From: Verrucomicrobia bacterium SCGC AAA164-E04
GTDB taxonomy: Bacteria > Verrucomicrobiota > Verrucomicrobiia > Limisphaerales > AAA164-E04
Length of the DNA: 64,000 nt
Direction of reading: 5' to 3'
NCBI GenBank assembly: GCA_000383715.1
Contig: KB912023.1
Location: 42,381 to 106,380, forward strand
Numbering within the stretch: position 1 is the stretch's first letter; each line of letters starts with the position of its first letter. Shown here piece after piece: positions 29,001 to 37,125 of the stretch. Below the pieces are notes generated by a model that was not told the origin of the DNA, did not search any database, and saw nothing but the letters and a program-made list of their open reading frames with translations. A program made the position numbers and the translations under genes.

Positions 29001-30935
29001 GACGGTAGCTTGTTCATTGCTGACATGTATCGATTGGTTATTGAGCATACGGAATGGATACCAGATGACGTCGAACAATATCTGAATACACGAGCAGGTA
29101 GCAATCGAGGGCGCATTTACGCCATTGCGAAAAAAGACAAAATTCCCAATAAAATCCCCAAATTAGCGGATCTAAAGCCATCCGATCTCGTGTATTACCT
29201 CAATCATGAAAATAGTTGGGTGAGGGATACCACTCAGCGTCTCATCATTGAATCTGATGCGAGCGATATAGTTCCAGGCCTCAAAGCATTGTTGGAGGAG
29301 ACAAACAATGCCAAAGCACGCGTTCATGTTTTGTGGTTGCTGGGATTGCTGGGGCACATGGGTGATGAGGTTCTGGAAGGCAGTTTCAATGATGATCACC
29401 CTGAAGTGCGACGAAATGCACTGCTTCTAAGTGAATTACACTCGAAATCCAATGTGAATCGTCGTGCGCAATCTGCAGAATCAGCGCTGGAACTACTGCG
29501 TGATCCATCCCCTGCGGTCAGGTTTCAGGCCATGCTTTCCATCAGTTCCTCATATGAAAATGGGAAGATGGAAAGCATCGCCTCTTTCATGCACGAGCAT
29601 GCTCATCATTCAACCATGCGGCAAGCGCTCCTGATTGCTGCTTCTCAGTATCTTCGCCCCATGTTAAGTCACGTGATTTCCTGCTCTGAATGCCAGCAAA
29701 ACAGGATGTTGCAGCCTTTGATCAAAGCTGGGGTAAACATACACCCTGAATGGATGGAGTCGAAGGTCATGCAATGGATGAAATCACGCGTGAACGTTGG
29801 GTTCTGGCAGAAACTCGCACCCAATGAAGGAGAGATACAGCTCTTATCTCCTCATGAAATCGCATTGTTTCAGCAAGAGCACAAGATGAATGAACTTGAT
29901 CTTATAAATGGCACACAGGCGCTTTCCTTGGCTTCTCATTTTCTGAAGAATAGAGGGAAATCGAATTTGTTTGATTCAACTCCAGACATTCAGAATGCCA
30001 TGCAAGGATTGGCGATGAGTGTGTTGGCCGGACTTGGAGATTTGAATGCTTTTGAGCCTTTCCATGCATTTCAGTTTTTGTGGATAACGCGAGGTGTCCG
30101 AGACTGGGCTCCCTGGATGGAATATATGTTTTCATTTGAAAGTGAAATTCCACATGACACACGGCATGAAATACTGGAAGTCATGGCTTCTGATATGGAG
30201 CCGTTCAGGAATAACTTTTCCTGGTATGGTAAGGTGTGGAACCAATCCACACTTGAAGAGCGTCGTGTATTGTTGTCCATGGCATTGAAAAAGCGCGAGA
30301 CAACACGCATGTTTCTGACATCTCTGAAGACCGGTGTTTTTGAAAAGACGCAACAAACATTTGACGATACCAGCATGACTCAGCAAATGGAACTTAGTCT
30401 GAAAAGATTACCTGACCCGGAACTGCACTCTCTGGCTATTGAGGCGATTGAACACAGAAGAACCAGACTTGGGCTATCCAGGACGAAAACAGAATCCATT
30501 TCCAAGCGTTTCGGGAACTTGTCCAGACTCACTCGAGATGCTTCAAGAGGTCGCCAATTATTTGAGCAAAATTGCCAGTTATGTCATCGATTTAAAGCGG
30601 TGGGTGCAGATGTTGGGCCCGATTTAGATTCCCTGAATGATCGTTCAGGTCTGGCGCTTTTAACGGCTATTTTGAATCCTAATGAGGCGATCGAACAAAC
30701 TTATATTGCCCATGACTTGGAGCTCAACGACGGAGTCGAGTGGACAGTTTTGATCACTCAAGAAACACCCAGCAATTTGCATGTGACCATGACGTCAGGT
30801 GAAAGAAGGTTCATTGACAAGGCTCAGGTCCGATCAATCAAAGCATCCTCACAATCACTCATGCCAGAGGGTTGGGGAGAGGCTATGAGTGATCAAAACC
30901 TGGCTGATTTGATCGGTTATTTGCAGACCAGGTAG
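26100..30935 (+). CDS. Giant secreted multidomain protein: NodB-like deacetylase-type N-domain, FG-GAP/VCBS repeats, PVC-type membrane-bound-dehydrogenase-like domain, HEAT repeats, C-terminal CxxCH cytochrome c domain
   Basis: AIDDL...HTLSHP (NodB-like). DANDDGYLDVL, DVDGDSIDELIV and DINGDDHPDLL (FG-GAP/VCBS). PVAFEWSADGFLWVAEMRDYPLG...VDGDGVYDE and SLFIADMYRLVIEH (Pirellula/Verrucomicrobium dehydrogenase-like). NSWVRDTTQRLI and HPEVRRNALL (HEAT). GRQLFEQNCQLCHRF...SLMPEG (heme c). The ORF opens at 26064; ATG 26100 precedes the signal peptide. Confidence 0.85.
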   Translation: MSSQKSSKRTQGSLVLQWFVLILLFAECLSLQSATDLSPNNPFYVNQSFPKLTTPQWIGEEGVEAVIILAIDDLRTPEKFESYLRPILERLKKIDGRAPVSIYCNALQPDHLQFQTWLNEGLSMEVHTLSHPCPLLAKGNFQSAVNTVMGGIDLLNSIPGNRAVAYRMPCCDSINSPSPRFYSEIFPQTSAQGNFLEIDSSVMCLFTSDDKELPRELVLDAAGKERYTKYVPFPSFTTTIKNYPYPYIINNVCWEFPALAPSDWEAQNLHGVNNEITVEDWKRALDIAVIKQGVFTWIFHPHGWIRNDQVNAFIDYATETYGGRIKFLTFKEASDRLKDNLLDGQSLRNAGGNDAGIRLLDANDDGYLDVLLGHENERAMRIWQPSKQEYRTVETSLNVLSKSGETAGLKHGVFWANGPVAFLYRTENSEGAWVRSENGVEEKGSLISELRCEGKPVQTLLKGSGNGVIVYDVDGDSIDELIVAYHDQHGILKWNQSRQTWEDLNYSWPEDLHLIDDEGRDAGVRLVDINGDDHPDLLKSDEQDYAAYIFIPELVLGFQKGWTRLVMEGQRGDEDAIPAFIRSGPHRDNGAWFADGHVWVQNEDTAHLPDLVQRKSFEAILLGNRPQPKDVDEALAAFELDDSFEIRCVASEPLIEDPVAFEWSADGFLWVAEMRDYPLGIDATGKPGGRIKRLKDVDGDGVYDEASVFLDGIPFPSGLYPWENGLWVSAAPHVFFAADLDDDGQADLRRNMFSGFGEGNQQHRVNGFTYGLDHWLYGANGDSGGEISSLWSNQTVNLRFKDFRFHPGTGKFEAIEGQTQFGRTRDDWGNWFGNNNPNWLWHYYLPDTYSKWAVIPDLGSNKIQLAADLASKKIDQIAPSLQRFNDVGMRGHVTSACSPTIYRDNVLFEDDQQHVFVSEPVHNLVRHFLLKRDGVTFSAERPDHEQAREFLASRDPWFRPTMTKTAPDGSLFIADMYRLVIEHTEWIPDDVEQYLNTRAGSNRGRIYAIAKKDKIPNKIPKLADLKPSDLVYYLNHENSWVRDTTQRLIIESDASDIVPGLKALLEETNNAKARVHVLWLLGLLGHMGDEVLEGSFNDDHPEVRRNALLLSELHSKSNVNRRAQSAESALELLRDPSPAVRFQAMLSISSSYENGKMESIASFMHEHAHHSTMRQALLIAASQYLRPMLSHVISCSECQQNRMLQPLIKAGVNIHPEWMESKVMQWMKSRVNVGFWQKLAPNEGEIQLLSPHEIALFQQEHKMNELDLINGTQALSLASHFLKNRGKSNLFDSTPDIQNAMQGLAMSVLAGLGDLNAFEPFHAFQFLWITRGVRDWAPWMEYMFSFESEIPHDTRHEILEVMASDMEPFRNNFSWYGKVWNQSTLEERRVLLSMALKKRETTRMFLTSLKTGVFEKTQQTFDDTSMTQQMELSLKRLPDPELHSLAIEAIEHRRTRLGLSRTKTESISKRFGNLSRLTRDASRGRQLFEQNCQLCHRFKAVGADVGPDLDSLNDRSGLALLTAILNPNEAIEQTYIAHDLELNDGVEWTVLITQETPSNLHVTMTSGERRFIDKAQVRSIKASSQSLMPEGWGEAMSDQNLADLIGYLQTR

Positions 30936-31257
30936 AATTGATGAATCTATGGATATCAAATCATAATCATCATGAATGGTCTGGGAGGAACCTTCACACC
31001 AATAAAATCAAATTTTCCATGTGAAGATCAAGCATTGCTGTTCGCTGTTATGAGATCGCGATCATTCTTAGAAGGTATTATTTATTCTCATTTTATATCG
31101 GTTCGGCAATTTTTGAATTTCCCCCTGCACAAGCTTTACTGTAAGCAAATATCGTCTCAGCATTTCGACGCTATTTCTTTCCGGTTATCTTTCACTGGTT
31201 CAAGAGAAAGTAGCCAAATTTTGGGGGGAAGGCATAAACAACTCTCCTCGACCTCGA

Positions 31258-34200
31258 TCACGGAGAGACGGTGATACGAATTTCTTTTTGTCCTTTCTGG
31301 ATCTTCATTACCTGAATATCGCCTGTTGGCCATCGAACCTCCAGTGCTGCCGGTGACGCATCAAAACCGAAGACCTGACGGTTCGGTGTCTGGGACCAAT
31401 AGCCGTCGCCAAGTCTCCACTCACGTGTCGGTCCTTTGGTTCCGTTTTCATAAATCAGTCTCCCCTTTGCCCCAATAGCCTGTAAATTGCCGTCTGGCCC
31501 TTTCAATCGGACGGCCAAACCTACTTTTTGTTCCAGATTGCGGTAGAGCTTTGTGGGGCCGCTGTGTTGGGTTGCGATGAAATCAGCACGGCCATCATGA
31601 TCAAAATCAGCGACAGCCAATCCTCTGCCTTCTCCACGAATGGCAATCCCGCTTGATGCAGGCATGGAAGCGGTAAAGGTTCCGTCCCCGTTTCCAAAAA
31701 GTAGCAACCCCGTGCCAGCATCCTGTCGGCTGTCGAGTGTGTTGACTCCGAAAAAGTTTTGTGAACCTACTAAATCTTCCATTCCATCATTGTTGAAATC
31801 ACCGATACCTATCCCAAACAAAGGAGTCATTTGTGCTTCGTCAGGTAAAGGGATTGCCTTCCATGCAGAGTCCAGGTTTAAAAAAACGATGGACTCAAAG
31901 CATCGGGCCTCCAGAAACTTAAACTCACCGGGTATTGTCTGCAGTGCTTCGTCTATTGAGGCATGGGCAAAAGTCTGAAATGTTTTAAATGCTCGGTTCA
32001 GCCAAGGCAATGAGGCAGAAAGCGTCCCCCAATCTCTGGACGGCACAAATGCAGCTCGCTCCTGGTCCCAGTGAGATTCCACTGATGGGTAGCCTCCCGG
32101 TCCGGATGCCACTCCATAATAGATCCGCAAAGGTTGGAAGCTGGAATCTCCCCGCTCATGATTGCGTCCCCAATTGCCGGCTACCAAATCCAACCGGCCA
32201 TCCTGATTAGCATCCATGGCCGTCAAACTCGTCCACCACCCCCGCAAACTGTTCAAGGAATTAAAAGATATTTTCGATGTGAGGGAATCGCTCCAATAAA
32301 CTTCTTTGTTCACTTCAACGAACTGTCCTCCCTTATTTTCAAATAAATACAGCGGACCCCAGTCGCAGGCCAGCATGAGATCTGGTAAAGGATCACCAGT
32401 GAGATCAGAAAAAATAGCAGCGCTAACCATTCCAACATTCTTGAATGGCTGACTCGATTCTAACGCAGGTACGAATTTGCCGTTATGATTTCGATAAAGT
32501 AATGATTGGGGGTTTTCAGGAAATCGCCCAGATTGAACCCGGCCACCTACAAATAAATCGAGATCTCCGTCTCCGTCCCAATCTGCCATGGTCATTGGCC
32601 CCGTGCTGGAACCTTCACCATTGGTGATGGTCTCCATTTTTCCGGTCACCATGGAAAAATGATTGAAAACAGGTGATTCCTTTTGAAATGATTCATATGC
32701 CGACTGGCCCAACAGGAGGGCCATGTCTGTCGAATCAGGCCGCCAAGCGATGATGGAAGTTTGGTCTCTGGGAAGCTCAGCTTCAAATGCCTTTGCTCGC
32801 TGCCTAACAAAACGCAGACCTTCTTCATTGCGGAAGACTCCAAGTTTTCCTTTCTTTCCTCCGCCAATGAAGAGGTCCTCCCAGCCATCCTGATTGAAAT
32901 CGAACCAAGCAAGTCCAGGCCCAAGACTGCTAAGCTTGCGGGGGAGCATGGGTTGCCTCATGAAATCATCATACGGCTGATCTGAATGACGATGATTTAA
33001 TCGTTGCGAAACATCCTCAAACAAGGTTTTTATCTGGGGGTCAGGAGCTTTCGTGGTAATGTGTGGATTTGCTTTCTTGTTCTCATGGAAAACGTAAAGC
33101 CGGTTTGCCGACATATTTTCATAAAGGTCGCGCCGTCCATTTCGCCAGTTGATTTCAACGGTTACCGTATCGCTTTCATTTTGAACCGCAAAGGAACGGA
33201 CCGCCTGATCTCCCGAAAGGTATCTTCCTCCTGATATGATAGACTGAGTCTGTAGCGGCAGCCCCGGTGCATTGACTTTGATCAATCCCCCAATACCGGC
33301 GGTGTTTTGTCTGCTGCCTTTCAACTGGACACGCACTCGCGGGTTACTTGAATCATTCCTGTAAAGCAGTGCCTGGGCATTCAGACAATTAATGGCAATA
33401 TCAAGGTCACCATCATTATCCAGATCCGCCTGTACCATACCGTGAGATACCTGAGTGGAATTAAAGCCCCATGCAGCGCTGTTGTCTTCGAATTGAGCAT
33501 TACCCATGTTTTTGAACACGATGTTAGGAGTGTTCAGTACAGGGAAACGGCTGCGCATCGCCAGTTTTTGAGCGTGTGTATAATTGCCTGCTTGGATCAT
33601 TGCATCCAGATCACGGGAGACATCCGCATTCTGTGCATCACGCCAATGGCCCGTTGTGATCAGTAGGTCTTCATATCCATCCAGATCTACGTCCAGAAAT
33701 ACCGGGCACCATGACCAATCAGATGCTTCCACTCCACTGTAACGAGCTGTTTCACTGAAAGTTTGGTTGTTTCGTTGGATGAATAATGTGTTTCGAGGCG
33801 ATTGTGGTCTTGCCTGCAAGGTATCACGGTATTGTGCAAATGCCATGCCATCCATCACTTGAACCATTCTTCGCAAATGTGAACGGCTGAGCATATCCAC
33901 TACAAATAAATCCGATAATCCATCACGATTGATATCTGAAAAATCCAGTCCCATTGAAAAGAGACTTGTCTGCCGAATTCGATTATCATCCATGGCCTTG
34001 AATCGACCATCTCCCATATTGATCCAAATGCGATCCGGCGATTGGAAATCATTGCAAACATAAAGATCCGGAGCCAAGTCTCCGTTGAAATCGTAAAACA
34101 TGGCTGAAAGTCCCCAGTCGTAGGGCGTTTCAACAGGGTTTTCATTTGTATCCAGAAAGTGGCCTTCTTGCCAGTTGACGGGTTCGAACTGACCCCTTCC

Positions 34201-34992
34201 GGAGTTGAGAAACAATTGATCGGGTTCACCGTTTTCCAAAACACCTTGTGAGCGATTAAATGTAAACCTCCCTTTGAGGTCAGGGCTATCGGCAGATTTT
34301 CCGTTGTAAGAGAGGAGTCGATATTCTCCGTTGACCAACCTCACGTCAAACTGACCATTCGGCAAATCTCGCATGGTGTCATTGCGGTAATTGACCACAT
34401 AAAGATCCAGCCAACCATTCCCATCCACATCAGCCAACGTCATGGAAGCACTTCCACTTGTGCTTGCCAGGCCCCACTCTTTTGTGACTTCGATGAAAGA
34501 GCCTTCTCCCTCATTAAGAAAGAGGCGTACGCCTTTTTGATGGCCAGTCACCAGCAAATCCAGAGAACCGTCCCCATTCACATCTGCAAACACAGCGCCA
34601 GTAGAGGATTGATCTTTGCAGAGGATAGCATCAGCAATAACAGATTCTTCAAACATCCAATTTCCGTGATTGATAAAAAGCATATTGGGCCGATCCAGTC
34701 CGCAGAAGTACAAATCACAAAGCCCATCTCCGTTGACATCTCCAGCGGCAACGCCAGATCCATTCAGCAGAATTTGATTTCGAAGGCCTCGATCTGATAC
34801 TAATGAATTCGTGAAATCCAATCCAGTTCGCCCACTTTCAATCAGGCTGAATCCCTGGGAATCACCGGACACAGCACTTGCTGAAAGCGAACTGAAACCA
34901 TCACCCTCTTCCCAGGATTGTGAAGATAGCTGTAAGGCAATGGAAACGCATCCAAGCATTAAAAAAATACTGCGCCGGGGTGTGTCAAACAT
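31258..34992 (-). CDS. FG-GAP/VCBS repeat protein with ASPIC/UnbV domains (CRTAC1-like), secreted
   Basis: 1244 aa with a signal peptide. Many DxNGDGxxDL repeats (DVNGDGLCDLYF, DVNGDGSLDLLV, DVDGNGWLDLYV, DLDNDGDLDIAI). Two UnbV/ASPIC-like blocks (NTAGIGGLIKV...GGRYLSGDQ and NLQAIGAKGRL). Confidence 0.85.
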   Translation of the reverse strand: MFDTPRRSIFLMLGCVSIALQLSSQSWEEGDGFSSLSASAVSGDSQGFSLIESGRTGLDFTNSLVSDRGLRNQILLNGSGVAAGDVNGDGLCDLYFCGLDRPNMLFINHGNWMFEESVIADAILCKDQSSTGAVFADVNGDGSLDLLVTGHQKGVRLFLNEGEGSFIEVTKEWGLASTSGSASMTLADVDGNGWLDLYVVNYRNDTMRDLPNGQFDVRLVNGEYRLLSYNGKSADSPDLKGRFTFNRSQGVLENGEPDQLFLNSGRGQFEPVNWQEGHFLDTNENPVETPYDWGLSAMFYDFNGDLAPDLYVCNDFQSPDRIWINMGDGRFKAMDDNRIRQTSLFSMGLDFSDINRDGLSDLFVVDMLSRSHLRRMVQVMDGMAFAQYRDTLQARPQSPRNTLFIQRNNQTFSETARYSGVEASDWSWCPVFLDVDLDGYEDLLITTGHWRDAQNADVSRDLDAMIQAGNYTHAQKLAMRSRFPVLNTPNIVFKNMGNAQFEDNSAAWGFNSTQVSHGMVQADLDNDGDLDIAINCLNAQALLYRNDSSNPRVRVQLKGSRQNTAGIGGLIKVNAPGLPLQTQSIISGGRYLSGDQAVRSFAVQNESDTVTVEINWRNGRRDLYENMSANRLYVFHENKKANPHITTKAPDPQIKTLFEDVSQRLNHRHSDQPYDDFMRQPMLPRKLSSLGPGLAWFDFNQDGWEDLFIGGGKKGKLGVFRNEEGLRFVRQRAKAFEAELPRDQTSIIAWRPDSTDMALLLGQSAYESFQKESPVFNHFSMVTGKMETITNGEGSSTGPMTMADWDGDGDLDLFVGGRVQSGRFPENPQSLLYRNHNGKFVPALESSQPFKNVGMVSAAIFSDLTGDPLPDLMLACDWGPLYLFENKGGQFVEVNKEVYWSDSLTSKISFNSLNSLRGWWTSLTAMDANQDGRLDLVAGNWGRNHERGDSSFQPLRIYYGVASGPGGYPSVESHWDQERAAFVPSRDWGTLSASLPWLNRAFKTFQTFAHASIDEALQTIPGEFKFLEARCFESIVFLNLDSAWKAIPLPDEAQMTPLFGIGIGDFNNDGMEDLVGSQNFFGVNTLDSRQDAGTGLLLFGNGDGTFTASMPASSGIAIRGEGRGLAVADFDHDGRADFIATQHSGPTKLYRNLEQKVGLAVRLKGPDGNLQAIGAKGRLIYENGTKGPTREWRLGDGYWSQTPNRQVFGFDASPAALEVRWPTGDIQVMKIQKGQKEIRITVSP

Positions 34993-35048
34993 GGATGCAT
35001 GTTAATCGAGGGAAATTACAACAAACCAGAAAAAACGGGAATCATGAC

Positions 35049-37076
35049 ATGGATTCCAAGCTCGACTTTTTGGATTGGATTTGCTCGTATCGTCGGATGT
35101 TATACCACACCCGATGGCTCTCCTGTTGGTCCCACAGAATCTCAACGCAAAGAAAACTAAAAAACGCCAGATCACTCATTGGCTCAGCATTAGCTTGTAT
35201 AAGCATCTGCGTAGGCATGGCACTTTCAGCGCAGGACGAGTCTCCGGAACATGTTTATGCCATGGAAAGATTGATGGCCCGCAAGGATTACCAGTTGAAA
35301 CAGGCAGAAACAATGTCGGTTTATCATGGGTTTGAGTTCTCCGATGGCATCAGTGAGAGTGGAATTCGGTTCTCACATCACATTGTCGATGACGCTGGAT
35401 TTTCCTACAAAGCGGCCCACTACGATCACGGCAACGCAGTGGCCATAGCAGATGTCGATGGAGATAATCTGCCGGACATCTACTGGACGACTCAAATGGG
35501 GTATAACCACCTCTGGAGAAATTTGGGGAACGGTAAGTTCGAGGATATCACAAGAAAAGCAGGGGTTGGTTTGGTGAACCGTGTTTCGGTTGCAGCTTCA
35601 TTTGGGGATGTGGATAATGACGGCGATCAGGATTTATTTGTGACCACAGTCCGTCGTGGTAACCATTTATTTCAGAATGAAGGAGATGGAGTCTTCAAAG
35701 ATGTTACGGAAGCCTCCGGATTGACATACGTGGGACATTCCTCAGGGGCCGTGTTCTGGGACTACAACAACGATGGAATCCTTGACCTGTTTGTGACCAA
35801 TGTAGGGCAATATACCAAGGAAAGCCAGGGACGGGGCGGATACTACGAGGCCTATCCGGATGCGTTTTCCGGTCACCTTTTTCCTCAGAGAACAGAATAC
35901 AGCATTCTTTATAGAGGGCTTGGTAATGGACGATTCAAAGACGTCACTCAGGAAACAGGTCTCAGGGATGGTAGTTGGAGTGGAGATTGCTCCTTCGCTG
36001 ATGTCAATCAGGATGGGTTCATGGATCTCTACATTGTCAACATGCAAGGTGATGATCATTTTTATGAAAATCAGCAAGGAAAAACCTTTGTTGAGAAAAC
36101 AGATCAATACTTCCCTAAAACATCCTGGGGCGCCATGGGTGTTAAATTCTTTGATGCCAATCTTGATGGTCGACTGGATTTGTATATCACCGACATGCAT
36201 TCAGACATGACTCAAGGGCAAACCATGCAAGCACTTCGTTTCGATCCACGTTCGGAAAAAGCGAAAAGTGAAGCTTTTTGTTCGGTACAATGGACGGAGG
36301 AATATCTTCAAGGTGCAGGCAATAATATCTTCGGCAATGCACTCTATCTAAGTCAAACAAATGGAGCTTACAGGGAATCCTCAGATCGATTTCGTGCGGA
36401 AACATACTGGCCATGGGGCTTCAGTGTCGGGGATTTAAATGCCGACGGGTCTGAGGATGTATTTGTAAGCGGCGGTATGGGGTATCCTTTTCGTTATGGA
36501 ATAAACAGTCTGTTGCTTAATCAGGACGGCAAGCGCTTTTTTGACAGTGAGTTCCTACTGGGTGTCGAACCCCGCGGAGACGGTCGCACAGAGAAAGTCT
36601 GGTTTACGCTGGATTGTGATGGAAAAGATAAAAACCACTCGGAATGCAAGGGTCAGACGGGTCGCAAGAAGGTTCTGGGCACCTTGAGTACAAGATCCTC
36701 AGCTATTATCGATCTGGATAACGACGGTGACCTTGATATTGTTACCAACGAATTCTACGATCGCCCTCAATTGTTGATCAGTGATCTGAGTGAGAAGAAA
36801 GCTATCAAATTCTTGAAAATCAAGTTGACCGGTAAGACCTCCAATCGCAATGGAATTGGAGCTTTAGTCACCGTGTCGGTCAAAGGTAAAAAATATGTTC
36901 AATTGAATGACGGTAAATCCGGTTATTTGGCCCAAAGCTCCATGCCACTTTATTTCGGTCTGGGGGAGGCCGATTCAGCTGATTCCATCAAGGTGCTTTG
37001 GCCATCTGGATCGGAACAAGTCTTGAATTCCAATTTGGAAGCCAATCAAACGTTCCATATTACCGAGTCCCAATAA
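35049..37076 (+). CDS. FG-GAP/VCBS repeat protein with C-terminal ASPIC/UnbV domain (CRTAC1-like)
   Basis: DVDGDNLPDIYW, DVDNDGDQDLFV, DYNNDGILDLFV, DVNQDGFMDLYI. C-terminal NRNGIGALVTVSVKGKKYVQLNDGKSGYLAQSSMPLYFGLG...VLWPSG. ORF 34920 overlaps the divergent gene, so the start is more likely ATG 35049 or 35097, upstream of the signal peptide. Confidence 0.85.
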   Translation: MDSKLDFLDWICSYRRMLYHTRWLSCWSHRISTQRKLKNARSLIGSALACISICVGMALSAQDESPEHVYAMERLMARKDYQLKQAETMSVYHGFEFSDGISESGIRFSHHIVDDAGFSYKAAHYDHGNAVAIADVDGDNLPDIYWTTQMGYNHLWRNLGNGKFEDITRKAGVGLVNRVSVAASFGDVDNDGDQDLFVTTVRRGNHLFQNEGDGVFKDVTEASGLTYVGHSSGAVFWDYNNDGILDLFVTNVGQYTKESQGRGGYYEAYPDAFSGHLFPQRTEYSILYRGLGNGRFKDVTQETGLRDGSWSGDCSFADVNQDGFMDLYIVNMQGDDHFYENQQGKTFVEKTDQYFPKTSWGAMGVKFFDANLDGRLDLYITDMHSDMTQGQTMQALRFDPRSEKAKSEAFCSVQWTEEYLQGAGNNIFGNALYLSQTNGAYRESSDRFRAETYWPWGFSVGDLNADGSEDVFVSGGMGYPFRYGINSLLLNQDGKRFFDSEFLLGVEPRGDGRTEKVWFTLDCDGKDKNHSECKGQTGRKKVLGTLSTRSSAIIDLDNDGDLDIVTNEFYDRPQLLISDLSEKKAIKFLKIKLTGKTSNRNGIGALVTVSVKGKKYVQLNDGKSGYLAQSSMPLYFGLGEADSADSIKVLWPSGSEQVLNSNLEANQTFHITESQ

Positions 37077-37081
37077 AAAAA

Positions 37082-37103
37082 GGGCCGCCTCAAGAGGCGG
37101 CCC
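37082..37103. terminator. Bidirectional rho-independent terminator between convergent genes
   Basis: Perfect 8-bp GC-rich stem GGGCCGCC(37082-37089)/GGCGGCCC(37096-37103) with a 6-nt loop. An A-run lies upstream (37075-37081) and T-rich sequence downstream. Confidence 0.8.
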
Positions 37104-37125
37104 TTTGCGGTTTTAAGTAATCGAT

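Noticed and set aside
30972-31274. 100-aa ORF in the gap between the convergent giant genes
   Set aside because: It has no motif, signal peptide or plausible partner, its 3' end overlaps the stop region of the minus-strand gene, and its composition is not clearly coding. It is left unannotated.
34920-35048. N-terminal 43 codons of the 718-aa ORF, overlapping the start of the divergent gene at 34992
   Set aside because: There is no similarity to the family and it overlaps the opposite gene. The signal peptide (SLIGSALACISICVGMALSAQ) lies downstream of Met 35049/35097, which are better starts.
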